From: a virus
Taxonomy: Duplodnaviria > Caudoviricetes
Length of the DNA stretch: 57,279 nt
IMG/VR virus record: IMGVR_UViG_3300017716_003587
Coordinates: 1 to 57,279 of that record
Strand: one strand, 5' to 3'
Of this stretch, positions 1-8,474 are shown piece after piece. The position numbers and the translations under genes are program-made. The notes under the pieces are model-generated. The model had not been told where the DNA came from, did not search any database, and worked only from the letters and a program-made list of their open reading frames with translations. The number at the start of each line of letters is the position of its first letter. Positions within the stretch are counted from its first letter, which is position 1.

Positions 1-453
1 CACATCGGTCACGAGCCGCGTGCGGATCATCTCGGTTCCGGGAGTGCCAGTGTCGACGGATTCGACCACAGTCGCCGCGTGCTCGGCCTTGCGGTAGCGG
101 GCCGCGGCCGGGAGTTCGTATCGGGTGACGCCATGGCGTGCGATCTGGTCGGGCGCGACCTGTGGTTGCCGCGTGTACCGGTGAACCGTGTCGATGTGGT
201 GGAGTCCCGGTTCCCGGATCGAACCGTCCGCCGCGGCGTAGGGCTCCGGTGCGAGGTTCCATGCGGCCAGGTCTCCAGCTTCCCGGATGAGGGCCGTAGC
301 GGCCCGCTCAAGGTCCGCGCCGGTCCGGTCGTCCCAGTCGAACCGACGCACCGCAGGGATCACTGGGCGGTCGACGCCATCGGACGCGAGAACGTCCGAC
401 AGAGGACGCCGCGGTCCCTCGGTTCCGATGGTGGGGATGTGTGAGTGATGCAT
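1..453 (-). CDS. Hypothetical protein, truncated at left window edge
   Basis: Not in the ORF track because it has no stop in the window. ATG at 453 preceded by GAAGGGA; frame open for 151 codons (MHHSHIPTIGTEGPRRPLSDVLASDG...MIRTRLVTDV). Confidence 0.65.
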   Translation of the reverse strand, partial: MHHSHIPTIGTEGPRRPLSDVLASDGVDRPVIPAVRRFDWDDRTGADLERAATALIREAGDLAAWNLAPEPYAAADGSIREPGLHHIDTVHRYTRQPQVAPDQIARHGVTRYELPAAARYRKAEHAATVVESVDTGTPGTEMIRTRLVTDV

Positions 454-507
454 TGCTGTCCCTTCATCGTCCGGACCATCCGGACGATTGGGACAAGTGT
501 ACGACAC

Positions 508-592
508 CCCCGGAAGAAATGCACGAACTACGCGCCATAGAGCGGGAGAAATGCCCGGGGTGGTCGGAACGTCCGGCGCCCCGGAAGAAATG
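508..592. repeat. 14-bp direct repeat CCCCGGAAGAAATG (508-521, 579-592) with partial copy at 542-553
   Basis: Read directly from sequence in the divergent intergenic region. Confidence 0.75.
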
Positions 593-717
593 GCGCAACA
601 TGGCGCCATGTGGTGCGGGCGCCGGTTCGGCCGCTCGCCCCGGTTGCGTCCGTTGCGTTGCGCAACGATGTGCCGGCACCGTGTGCATGGCCATTCATGG
701 CAGCGCATGACCATGCT

Positions 718-776
718 CGAACGCCTGTTCGGCGAACCCGTGTTCGACGAACGCCCGTTCGACGAACGTACGTTCG
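718..776. promoter_or_regulatory. Four tandem LexA (SOS/Cheo) boxes CGAAC-N4-GTTCG at 15-bp period
   Basis: 718-731 CGAACgcctGTTCG, 733-746 CGAACccgtGTTCG, 748-761 CGAACgcccGTTCG, 763-776 CGAACgtacGTTCG; matches the Gram-positive/actinobacterial LexA consensus. Confidence 0.8.
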
Positions 777-1066
777 ATCGGGAGGAGGAGGATTTAAAGA
801 ATCCGGGGGGGTCACCCACCCCCCCACCCCCCCTCTGACCAGGAGAAACAGCACCGAGGGCGAGGCCCATTGGGGCTTTGTGATGGTTTCTGGGGGGCTA
901 CCTCTCCCCAGGTGGGGTGGTTGTGGGCCGGTGGGCCGGCTATCTCACATCGTGGGATAGGGGAAGTAGGTCTGTTGGTGTGTGCCGGGTGTAGGGGTGT
1001 GATGGGTTCTTTGGGTCTCCTGATCCAGCGGTCCCATGACAGCCTTGGACCCGATGGGAGGTGCTG

Positions 1067-1324
1067 ATGATGTACGAGGTGGAGTGGAACAACGCCATCC
1101 GCCGTGTGGAACGGTGGGCCGATGAGAGCGATGTGCCGGTGACGGCCGCTTACATGGGTGAGTGCGAGCAGGTGACGGTCGTGACGACCGGCCCTCGGGA
1201 GTCGAGGATCGTGTCGTCGATGGCGGCCACCCATGAACGGTGGTTCGAGGACGACCTCCGGATGCGAGCCACCAACGCCGGTTCGGTCACATCCACCAGT
1301 GGAGGGTTCGGTACCAGGCGATGA
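1067..1324 (+). CDS. Hypothetical protein (first rightward gene)
   Basis: GGGAGG RBS; ATGA overlap with next gene. Confidence 0.6.
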   Translation: MMYEVEWNNAIRRVERWADESDVPVTAAYMGECEQVTVVTTGPRESRIVSSMAATHERWFEDDLRMRATNAGSVTSTSGGFGTRR

Positions 1325-1512
1325 GCCAGGAACTCGGCCTCTACCACCTGTGTGCCGGCGCGACCTCGATGGATCAACTGCGAGGGTACGGCGGCGATCA
1401 GGGGCTCCGACCGGTCTATGCGACCTGGGACGGCGACGGCCGGCTGCTCGAGGTGCAGTTCGCCTCCAGCTACAGCGGCAACCTCGCCGCCAAGTACACC
1501 TACGAAAGGTGA
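1321..1512 (+). CDS. Hypothetical protein
   Basis: MSQELGLYHL...; coupled to upstream stop; GC3-rich codons. Confidence 0.6.
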   Translation: MSQELGLYHLCAGATSMDQLRGYGGDQGLRPVYATWDGDGRLLEVQFASSYSGNLAAKYTYER

Positions 1513-1525
1513 GAACCATCCCCCT

Positions 1526-1660
1526 GTGACCTGTAGAGCAGCACCCCTGGCCAACCGCCCGACGGTCGGGGTGCTGCTCTGTGGGTCACCGGGAACGTGA
1601 GAACCCGGCCAGCCGACCATCGGCTGCGAGGGGGGAATCCGGGCACCCCACCCTCCCCCC
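1526..1660 (+). ncRNA. Candidate structured RNA / leader (multi-hairpin)
   Basis: Long stem 1526-1589 containing G-U pairs, followed by hairpins at 1589-1608, 1610-1626 and ~1628-1660 in a 175-bp intergenic gap. Confidence 0.45.
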
Positions 1661-1688
1661 GACCCCCACTCATCGAGATGGGAGAATC

Positions 1689-2255
1689 ATGACCACCAAC
1701 TTCTACACCGTGAAAGGCGGGCAGGGCGCGACGACACTCGCTGCAGCAGCAGCAGTGCGAACCGCCCGACTGCTCCCCGATCACACGACGACCATCGTGG
1801 TCGCCGACCAGGGTGAGCTCGAGGATCTCGCCGCAGCGTTCGGCGTCTCGATGCCGACCTGGGATGGGATCATCGAGGTCCCAACCGCACAAGGCACCAT
1901 CATGGCCTACACCCGTGAGGCCGCGATGTGTGTCGACCTGATCGAGCCGGACTACACCGTCGGCCACGAGTGGAGGGCGGGCACCAACAACGTGCTCGTC
2001 GTCCGAGCGTGCTACATCGGTCTGCGCCGAGCGGTCAGCCGAGACGACAAGCCGGACCTCGCCGTGTTCATCCCCGAACCCGGCCGAGCGCTCGGCCGTG
2101 ACGACATCGAGCGTTCCCTCGGCTGCAAGGTCATCGAGGCGCCCTGGGATCCGGCAGTGAGCCGTGCGGTTGACGCCGGCATCCTCGCCTACAAGATCCC
2201 GGCGACGCTCGAAGCGACCATCGACGAGATCTCCAAGCACCCTGCGAGGTACTGA
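1689..2255 (+). CDS. Ssd/TadZ(CpaE)/MinD-like protein with deviant P-loop
   Basis: N-terminal VKGGQGATTLA Walker-A-like motif; C-terminal LVVRACYIGLRRA...EPGRALGRDDIE...DPAVSRAVDAG resembles actinobacterial Tad-locus proteins; GGAGA RBS. Confidence 0.65.
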   Translation: MTTNFYTVKGGQGATTLAAAAAVRTARLLPDHTTTIVVADQGELEDLAAAFGVSMPTWDGIIEVPTAQGTIMAYTREAAMCVDLIEPDYTVGHEWRAGTNNVLVVRACYIGLRRAVSRDDKPDLAVFIPEPGRALGRDDIERSLGCKVIEAPWDPAVSRAVDAGILAYKIPATLEATIDEISKHPARY

Positions 2256-2257
2256 CC

Positions 2258-2533
2258 ATGGCCACGAAGTGGCGCATCACCGTGCCCGTCGAGGTCACCA
2301 TCCAGGTGTCCGACGAGTTCGATCACCTGTTCGAGGATCCGGGCGAGCTGGATCAGCACGCCGAGTGGCTCTACGACCAGGCGTGCAACGCGATCCCCTA
2401 CATGCGTCCCACGACGTATGCGGCGATCTACGGCGAGGATCCGGCCGAGCTCATCGGTTCGACCACAGCGATCAACACCGACTTCGACGACTACCACGAT
2501 CGCATCATCATCAAGGAACTGAGGCCACGATGA
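2258..2533 (+). CDS. Acidic hypothetical protein
   Basis: ORF, codon bias, coupling. Confidence 0.7.
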   Translation: MATKWRITVPVEVTIQVSDEFDHLFEDPGELDQHAEWLYDQACNAIPYMRPTTYAAIYGEDPAELIGSTTAINTDFDDYHDRIIIKELRPR

Positions 2534-2646
2534 GCCGCCGAACCGCCTACCGCATGACCCTGATCGGGCTGGTGCTCATGGGCTACATCGGACTCGCACT
2601 CGTGCTCTGGGGCATCCAGTGGATGCTCGCCCCGAACCGGAGGTGA
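2530..2646 (+). CDS. Small membrane protein
   Basis: MSRRTAYRMTLIGLVLMGYIGLALVLWGIQWML, single hydrophobic helix; AAGGA upstream. Confidence 0.6.
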   Translation: MSRRTAYRMTLIGLVLMGYIGLALVLWGIQWMLAPNRR

Positions 2647-2648
2647 CC

Positions 2649-2990
2649 ATGACCATCACGGTCTACGACAACGACGGCAACGACGTCGAGCTCCCGTCCA
2701 TCAAGATCGTCTGCCCGCGGTGTCGCGGCAACGGCCAACACATCAACCCGAGCATCGACGGACACGGCATTAGCGGTGACGACGAATGCTGGGACGACGA
2801 CGAGTTCCGAGAGATGTACTTCGGCGGCGGCTACGACGTCACCTGCTACGAGTGCAAGGGCGCCAACGTCATCGACGACATCGACGAGGACCGCTGCACG
2901 CCCGAACAGATGGAGCTGTGGTGGGATCACCTGCAGTGCCAGTACGAGGATCGGCTGATCGCTGAAGGCGAACGCCGGATGGGAGCCTGA
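2649..2990 (+). CDS. DnaJ-like CxxCxGxG zinc-finger phage protein
   Basis: CPRCRGNG and CYECKGAN motifs; GGAGG RBS. Confidence 0.75.
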   Translation: MTITVYDNDGNDVELPSIKIVCPRCRGNGQHINPSIDGHGISGDDECWDDDEFREMYFGGGYDVTCYECKGANVIDDIDEDRCTPEQMELWWDHLQCQYEDRLIAEGERRMGA

Positions 2991-2991
2991 C

Positions 2992-3210
2992 ATGGCCCAG
3001 ATCATCGAGCCGCTCGACGTGTGGCTCCGCTTCATCTCCGACGACGACGAGGACGCCGAGGCTGACGCCATCACCTTCCGTGACGGCGACCAGTTCCGAG
3101 TCGACTGGTCCCTGACCAGTGTCGGCCTGGTGACCTCCCGATGGTTCCCGACCTACGACGAGGCCGCAGCGTGGCTGACGGCCGAAGGGTTCCGCGACTA
3201 CACGTCCTGA
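2992..3210 (+). CDS. Acidic hypothetical protein
   Basis: ORF, RBS, codon bias. Confidence 0.7.
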   Translation: MAQIIEPLDVWLRFISDDDEDAEADAITFRDGDQFRVDWSLTSVGLVTSRWFPTYDEAAAWLTAEGFRDYTS

Positions 3211-3223
3211 CCGAAAGGACACC

Positions 3224-3595
3224 ATGAGACACTTCGACATCGACGCCATCCTCGCCGGCTACATCGAGTGCGAGCTGTGGACAGCGATCGTCCGTCTCGA
3301 CGACGACGACGACGTCCACGCCGACTCGCTCGACTTCGAACCGTGCCCCGACAGCATGGGCCGTGCCCGCGCTGACATCGAGCAGTTCCTCGACGACGAG
3401 GTGCAGGACATCTGCGAGCGTCGCAACATCGACGACGGGCAGATCGGCCACGACTTCTCCCTCACCCGCAACCATCACGGCGCCGGGTTCTGGGATCGAG
3501 GCCACGGCTACGACGGCCAGCGCCTCACCGACATCGCACACACCTTCGGCGAAACCTCCTGGTTCGTCGAAGGCGACACCCTCCGACTGGAGTGA
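3224..3595 (+). CDS. Conserved phage early protein (GHDFxLTRNxHGAGFWDR type), function unknown
   Basis: Motif recalled from phage hypothetical proteins; GAAAGGA RBS. Confidence 0.75.
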   Translation: MRHFDIDAILAGYIECELWTAIVRLDDDDDVHADSLDFEPCPDSMGRARADIEQFLDDEVQDICERRNIDDGQIGHDFSLTRNHHGAGFWDRGHGYDGQRLTDIAHTFGETSWFVEGDTLRLE

Positions 3596-3597
3596 TC

Positions 3598-3867
3598 ATG
3601 ATCCTCGCCGACTGCAAGCCCGGCACCTACGTGCGCTGCGATCGTTTCCGCGGCGTCGCCTGCATCATCGTCGGCCCTCACTTCGAGTACGTCCTGCACT
3701 CGTGGGACAGCGACGAGGAGGAGGTCGAATCCGGCCAGGTCATCGTCCGCATGTACGGCGACGACCGGCACCACATCGTCGATCCCGACGACTGCACACC
3801 ACTCGACACCGACGACGACCTCGTCTGTGACTGCGGCCAGATCGGCTGCGGATGGGGGCAAGCATGA
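3598..3867 (+). CDS. Hypothetical protein, C-terminal Cys cluster
   Basis: GGAG RBS; CDCGQIGC. Confidence 0.65.
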   Translation: MILADCKPGTYVRCDRFRGVACIIVGPHFEYVLHSWDSDEEEVESGQVIVRMYGDDRHHIVDPDDCTPLDTDDDLVCDCGQIGCGWGQA

Positions 3868-4289
3868 GCTACACCATGGTCAACGAGCAGCCGATGGAGA
3901 CCGGCTGCTACTGCGAAGGGTCTCGCGGCCAGTACGCGATCGATCACCTCGCCGAGCTGGCCGACTCGATCCTGATCGACAGCGACTACGCCAAGATGGT
4001 CGCCGCCGTCCGGTTCGTCGAGTCGTCCTACAGCGGCTGGATCGAGATGGGCGAGATCCTCAACGATCTTGACGAGCAGATCATCAACGCGCTCAACGAC
4101 GTGACGGCCGGCAGGTTCTGCTGGTCATGGGAGGACGGCGAGGTGTTCCTGATGGAACTACCCAACGACGAGGACGACCCGGGCGACGACAACCTCCCGT
4201 GCATCGACTGCGGACGCATCGACATGCCCCTCCATGTCGACTACCGGTGCCCGGACTGTCACCCGCTCAACACCGACGAAGGAGGATGA
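3864..4289 (+). CDS. Acidic hypothetical protein with C-terminal zinc ribbon
   Basis: CIDC...CPDC; ATGA coupling. Confidence 0.7.
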   Translation: MSYTMVNEQPMETGCYCEGSRGQYAIDHLAELADSILIDSDYAKMVAAVRFVESSYSGWIEMGEILNDLDEQIINALNDVTAGRFCWSWEDGEVFLMELPNDEDDPGDDNLPCIDCGRIDMPLHVDYRCPDCHPLNTDEGG

Positions 4290-4969
4290 TGAGACTCTCT
4301 GAGAGCACGATCGACCGCATCTGCCGACGCTTCGGCTGGGCCTGGTGCGGCAAGTACGGCGAGCGGGGCTACGGCTCCTACAGCGGTGAGGGCACGACAC
4401 GAGTCGTGCTCGGCTACTACTGGCTTCACCCCGGCGACGACGGGTGGCACGAGAAGCTGCGAGACCCGAACAGCACTCACCAGCTCGAAGGCATGGGCAA
4501 GCGCTGGCCGATGCTGTTCGCACAGCTCGAGGAGCAAGGCGTTGAGCTCGAATGGGCCGACGAGTGGGAGATCGACCGCGAGCACAGCAAGGCGTACCGC
4601 AAGACCGGTGACAGCTACGGCTGGACCCGATCGTTCGTGTGGGACGACTACGGCAACATGCTCACCCCCGACAGCGACATCGACGAGTGGATGGGTTGGG
4701 CGATCAACAGCTACGACCGATGCCTCGCCGACTCGATGGTCGGCGACGTGAACGCCAAGCTGACCGCCGCCGGCTACGAACGCTGGAACGACGACCCGCT
4801 GGAGAACGGCTGGCACCCGGGACAGGACGACACCCCGCAGGAAGCTGCCCGACGCATCCGCATCGAGCATCCGAACGCCGACGTGATCTTCACCCTCGAC
4901 GAGGCCAGCCAGTTCTACAGCCGGTTCTCGGCCTGGTACCGCAACGACACCGAGGAGGTGGCCGCCTGA
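4286..4969 (+). CDS. Phage hypothetical protein
   Basis: GAAGGAGG RBS; Trp/acidic-rich; ENGWHPGQDD motif. Confidence 0.75.
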   Translation: MMRLSESTIDRICRRFGWAWCGKYGERGYGSYSGEGTTRVVLGYYWLHPGDDGWHEKLRDPNSTHQLEGMGKRWPMLFAQLEEQGVELEWADEWEIDREHSKAYRKTGDSYGWTRSFVWDDYGNMLTPDSDIDEWMGWAINSYDRCLADSMVGDVNAKLTAAGYERWNDDPLENGWHPGQDDTPQEAARRIRIEHPNADVIFTLDEASQFYSRFSAWYRNDTEEVAA

Positions 4970-5259
4970 TGGCCAAGTACCGCGATCAGATGAGGGCGAG
5001 CGAGATCGCCACGACCCTCGTCAACGGCAACATCACCGAGGCCCGCTCCGGGCTCGTCGGACGACGCTCGCCGCAGGGCAACGCCCGGCTCGGCGTGCTC
5101 GTCCTCGAGACCGTCGAGGAACTGGTCGACAGCCACGACCACACCTGGCCCGACGCCATCGAGCGCGTCGCCCGGCTCATCAAGGGCGACGCCGACTACG
5201 TGGCCGACGCCGACTACGAGAACGAGACCGAACGAGACAACGAACCGAGGTACGTGTGA
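4969..5259 (+). CDS. Hypothetical protein
   Basis: MAKYRDQMRASEIA...; GGAGG RBS; TGATG coupling. Confidence 0.7.
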   Translation: MAKYRDQMRASEIATTLVNGNITEARSGLVGRRSPQGNARLGVLVLETVEELVDSHDHTWPDAIERVARLIKGDADYVADADYENETERDNEPRYV

Positions 5260-5558
5260 TGCACGGCTGGATGAGCGACTACGTCTACACGCTCGACGAG
5301 TTGGAGGCGATGGAGGTGCTCGAGGAGGGCTACACGGCCAACCTGGTCGAGGATGCCACCTTCGCTGGCGTGCGGGTGTGGTGGGAACGCACGGGCGTCG
5401 CCGACGGTGAGCCGTGGGAGGAGACGGTGACCGTCGAGGCTCGCACGGTAGACGGCGCATGGCGCGACGCGTTTCGGTACAACGCCGAAGACGTGAGCGA
5501 GTTCATCATCGTCGGCGACGACGAGGACTTCGAGATCGACGCCACGGAAGGACCATGA
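5259..5558 (+). CDS. Highly acidic hypothetical protein
   Basis: About 27 D/E versus 5 R and 0 K in ~100 aa (hand count). Confidence 0.7.
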   Translation: MHGWMSDYVYTLDELEAMEVLEEGYTANLVEDATFAGVRVWWERTGVADGEPWEETVTVEARTVDGAWRDAFRYNAEDVSEFIIVGDDEDFEIDATEGP

Positions 5559-5779
5559 GGGTCGTCCGCACCCGGTCGATCCCGAACGTGCCGACACGGC
5601 GACTGCTGGACGACCTCCGGTTCCTGCACAACACCTACCACACCCCTGACGGGCTCTCGAAGCACGAAGGGGCACGCCGATCACTGGTCGACAACGGCCG
5701 GAAGATCCTGGCGATTCGAGCCGAACTGACCGCGCGCTGCGAGACCTCGGGCATCCCGTGCCAGTGGTGCGGCCCGTAG
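5555..5779 (+). CDS. Small basic hypothetical protein
   Basis: MRVVRTRSIPNV...CQWCGP; GGAAGGA RBS. Confidence 0.6.
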   Translation: MRVVRTRSIPNVPTRRLLDDLRFLHNTYHTPDGLSKHEGARRSLVDNGRKILAIRAELTARCETSGIPCQWCGP

Positions 5780-5782
5780 CAA

Positions 5783-5801
5783 CGTTTGCGACGTGCAAAC
5801 G
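5783..5801. promoter_or_regulatory. Palindromic operator candidate CGTTTGC-N5-GCAAACG
   Basis: Perfect 7-5-7 palindrome in a 40-bp intergenic gap; same arms at 21891-21909. Confidence 0.6.
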
Positions 5802-5819
5802 CCGCAGGAAGGACCAACG

Positions 5820-6095
5820 ATGGAAGGCACGACCGAACGGCTCGTGTGGGCGTCTCAGGAGCCTGGCGAGGCCGGCTACCTGAAGTTCGACTGGGAGGCG
5901 CTCGGCCGCTTGATGGGCACGTCCTGCATCAGCTCCGACGAGGCCTACAGGATCTCGCGGCTCCTCGACGACCTCGGCTACGACTACACGCTCGAGGTGG
6001 TCGAGGTGTACCTGGATGATCAGATTCCCGCCGCCACCATCGCCGCCGAATGGGCGAAGGCATGGGACGAACTCGCACGGGAGGTGCGCAAGTGA
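5820..6095 (+). CDS. Hypothetical protein
   Basis: GGAAGGA RBS; codon bias. Confidence 0.7.
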   Translation: MEGTTERLVWASQEPGEAGYLKFDWEALGRLMGTSCISSDEAYRISRLLDDLGYDYTLEVVEVYLDDQIPAATIAAEWAKAWDELAREVRK

Positions 6096-6946
6096 TGGAC
6101 GTCATCGAGAACAAGTACGAGCCGAACGGCTACCGCATCGAGATCTACCACGATCCCGATGTCTCCAACCCGCGAGACGACAACCCGGAGACGGAGTTCC
6201 CGTTCCTCGGGTTCCCGCACCGCTCCTACAAGATCGGCGACGAGGCGTGGGATCCGCGCCACGACCAGATCGAATGCGGCGACTGCCACGGCTCCGGTGA
6301 GCTCGAGAACGAAGACAGCGGCAACGCCATCATCGACTGCGAGCGCTGCTACGGCCGAGGCTTCCTCACCTACAGCGACGACGGCGTCTCGCTCACCGAC
6401 GTCATCGAGGCGAAGGCGAAGGACATGGGCGCCATCCTGTGGCGCAAGGTCGGCATGATCGACCACTCCTCGGTCCACTACTACCTCGGCGACGGCCCGC
6501 ACGCCTTCGACCCGCAAGGCTGGGACTCGGGAACGTGCGGTGTCATGTTCGTCACCCACGACGTCGTCAATCACCGGTGGGGTCCGCTCCCCGGCAGCTA
6601 TGCGGTCGCCCCTGGCGACCCGGGCTGGGAGACCTCGCCGAACAACGAGGAGTTCCTCATCGAATGCATGCGGGGCGACCTGCAGCTGTACGACGACTGG
6701 GCGAACGGCTACGCCTACGGCTTCACGGTGTACGACCGCAACGGCGACGAGATCGACTCCTGCGGCGGCTACCTCGGCGACTGGGAGACCTCGGGGCTCC
6801 TTGACCAGGCTCGGGCCTGCATCCCTGACGAACCGCCCGCCCTGCTCTACACCGTTCGGCTCACCGAGTTCGAGATCAGCGACATCCTGTCCCGCACCTG
6901 CGCCTCCGACCCCTGGTATCACAAGATGAAGGAGGCGATCCGATGA
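6095..6946 (+). CDS. Conserved phage protein (DHS/WDSG/DSCxG type) with inserted DnaJ-like zinc finger
   Basis: DHSS, WDSGTCG, YDDWANGYAYGF, IDSCGGYLG; CGDCHGSG...CERCYGRG. Confidence 0.75.
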   Translation: MDVIENKYEPNGYRIEIYHDPDVSNPRDDNPETEFPFLGFPHRSYKIGDEAWDPRHDQIECGDCHGSGELENEDSGNAIIDCERCYGRGFLTYSDDGVSLTDVIEAKAKDMGAILWRKVGMIDHSSVHYYLGDGPHAFDPQGWDSGTCGVMFVTHDVVNHRWGPLPGSYAVAPGDPGWETSPNNEEFLIECMRGDLQLYDDWANGYAYGFTVYDRNGDEIDSCGGYLGDWETSGLLDQARACIPDEPPALLYTVRLTEFEISDILSRTCASDPWYHKMKEAIR

Positions 6947-7290
6947 GGACCGACAACCGCTACGCACCCGGCTCGTCCTGGGTGGCCGAGCCCGACGACG
7001 TGCTCGCCGCCTACTCGGGCCGCTGGATCGACCAGGGCGATTTGGCGCCCGCCGGCATCGTCGCCGACCGCCAGGGCTATGCCTGCGACCACCAGCAGTA
7101 CATGTCCATCCTCGGCGGCGAGCTGGGGAAGAAGGCGCCGCACAACTCGGTCGGCGCTCTCGACCGTGACATCACCGTCATCCCGTGGGATGGCGTCGAA
7201 GTGCTGGGCGGTCACGACGGGTTCAAGCTGACCATCGCACTGCGACGCGCCGGCGGCTACGTCTACTGCGACGCCTACCTGCATCGCTGA
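6943..7290 (+). CDS. Hypothetical protein
   Basis: AAGGAGG RBS; coupling. Confidence 0.7.
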   Translation: MRTDNRYAPGSSWVAEPDDVLAAYSGRWIDQGDLAPAGIVADRQGYACDHQQYMSILGGELGKKAPHNSVGALDRDITVIPWDGVEVLGGHDGFKLTIALRRAGGYVYCDAYLHR

Positions 7291-7300
7291 TCGGAGGATC

Positions 7301-7780
7301 ATGTCCAAGCAGCTCACCACCTGGCTCGAGCGCGTCAACGCACCGACCATCTCGCACGCCAACGTCATCCAGCTCTACAGCTGCATCTACCCGCTGTCGC
7401 GTGGAGCACATCCCGGCGGCAAGAAGACGAACCTCGACCGGGAGGAGGCGCAGGAGATCATCCAGGCGGTCTTCCATCGGGCCCGGCTCAACAACGGCAT
7501 CCGCGCCGAGGCCGCCAACGAGCAGCGCGCCCGGGACTGGCTGACGGAGAACCGGCGGCAGTTCGATCTGCCCGACGTCGACTACCGGTCGATCGTCGAG
7601 TTCCGGCTCGTCGGCTTCCACATCTACAGCGAGAACGACGGCTGGATGACGTGCTCGCCGGTGTGGCGTTGCGCCTTCCCCGACGGCTCACAGCTCGACT
7701 ACGCCCCGACCGCCTGGCAGGCGTCGATGGCGAAGCAGAAGCGCCAGTTCTGGTGGCGCTGGGAGTCGAAGCCGCGATGA
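7301..7780 (+). CDS. Hypothetical protein
   Basis: GGAGG RBS; codon bias. Confidence 0.75.
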   Translation: MSKQLTTWLERVNAPTISHANVIQLYSCIYPLSRGAHPGGKKTNLDREEAQEIIQAVFHRARLNNGIRAEAANEQRARDWLTENRRQFDLPDVDYRSIVEFRLVGFHIYSENDGWMTCSPVWRCAFPDGSQLDYAPTAWQASMAKQKRQFWWRWESKPR

Positions 7781-7902
7781 GCCGCCGGCAGACGTTGCGA
7801 GACCTGGCTCGAGTCGTGGAGCTCACCACGATCGCGGCCTGGCCGCTGTTCGTCGGTGTCGGCCTCGTCGGCGTCGGCCTCGCGTTGCTCGTCCTGACCT
7901 GA
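7777..7902 (+). CDS. Small membrane protein
   Basis: MSRRQTLRDLARVVELTTIAAWPLFVGVGLVGVGLALLVLT. Confidence 0.6.
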   Translation: MSRRQTLRDLARVVELTTIAAWPLFVGVGLVGVGLALLVLT

Positions 7903-7914
7903 GAGGGGGCCGTC

Positions 7915-8100
7915 ATGGCTCAGCTGAAGTTCATCGTCACCGTCGACGTCGATGGTGACGCCGAGGAGATGGCGCGCATCTTCGACCAGTACCTCACCCA
8001 CGAGGAGTTCCCGTTCCGTGACGACTACAGCCGGGGCGCGTGGGGCGGCTGGGATGGACCGTTCGTCACCGATGTCACCGTCGAAAGGATCACACCATGA
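7915..8100 (+). CDS. Hypothetical protein
   Basis: GAGAGG RBS. Confidence 0.65.
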   Translation: MAQLKFIVTVDVDGDAEEMARIFDQYLTHEEFPFRDDYSRGAWGGWDGPFVTDVTVERITP

Positions 8101-8474
8101 TCAGTGAGCGCCGCAAGCTGCTGTTCGACCTGTTCACCACCGCCTGCGAGGGCGGCATCAACTACTGGGCCGACGTGGACGCGTACCACCTGTGGCTGCC
8201 GGACTCGGAGTACGACCCGGACTACAACGGGTTCTACGCCGACCTCACCGACCACGTCGACGACGAGCGGCCCAACCCGCTGCACGTCGACCGGCTGGTC
8301 ATGTCGAGCGGCCTGACCCTCGCCTCCCGGGCGTGGCGTCACAAGGTGTCCTGGTCGACGGCACCGCCGCCGGTCGCGATCACCGCCGAAGCCCGGGATC
8401 GCTGGGACTTCGACGCCGGTGACGCCGACGTCATCCTCCAGCTCGGCCTGTTCAAGGACGTGGTGTACGGATGA
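8097..8474 (+). CDS. Conserved phage hypothetical protein (EGGINYW...DADVILQLGLF type)
   Basis: Recalled motif pair; GAAAGGA RBS. Confidence 0.75.
   Translation: MISERRKLLFDLFTTACEGGINYWADVDAYHLWLPDSEYDPDYNGFYADLTDHVDDERPNPLHVDRLVMSSGLTLASRAWRHKVSWSTAPPPVAITAEARDRWDFDAGDADVILQLGLFKDVVYG

Noticed and set aside
718-776. Repeat array as a mini-CRISPR
   Set aside because: Period is 15 bp with 4-nt variable cores, far too short for spacers; no cas genes.
79-1067. Track ORFs at 79-444, 441-710, 488-838, 610-960, 870-1067
   Set aside because: Low-complexity translations with no convincing RBS; 79-444 shadows the better minus-strand gene at 1-453. A short peptide 707-838 cannot be fully excluded.
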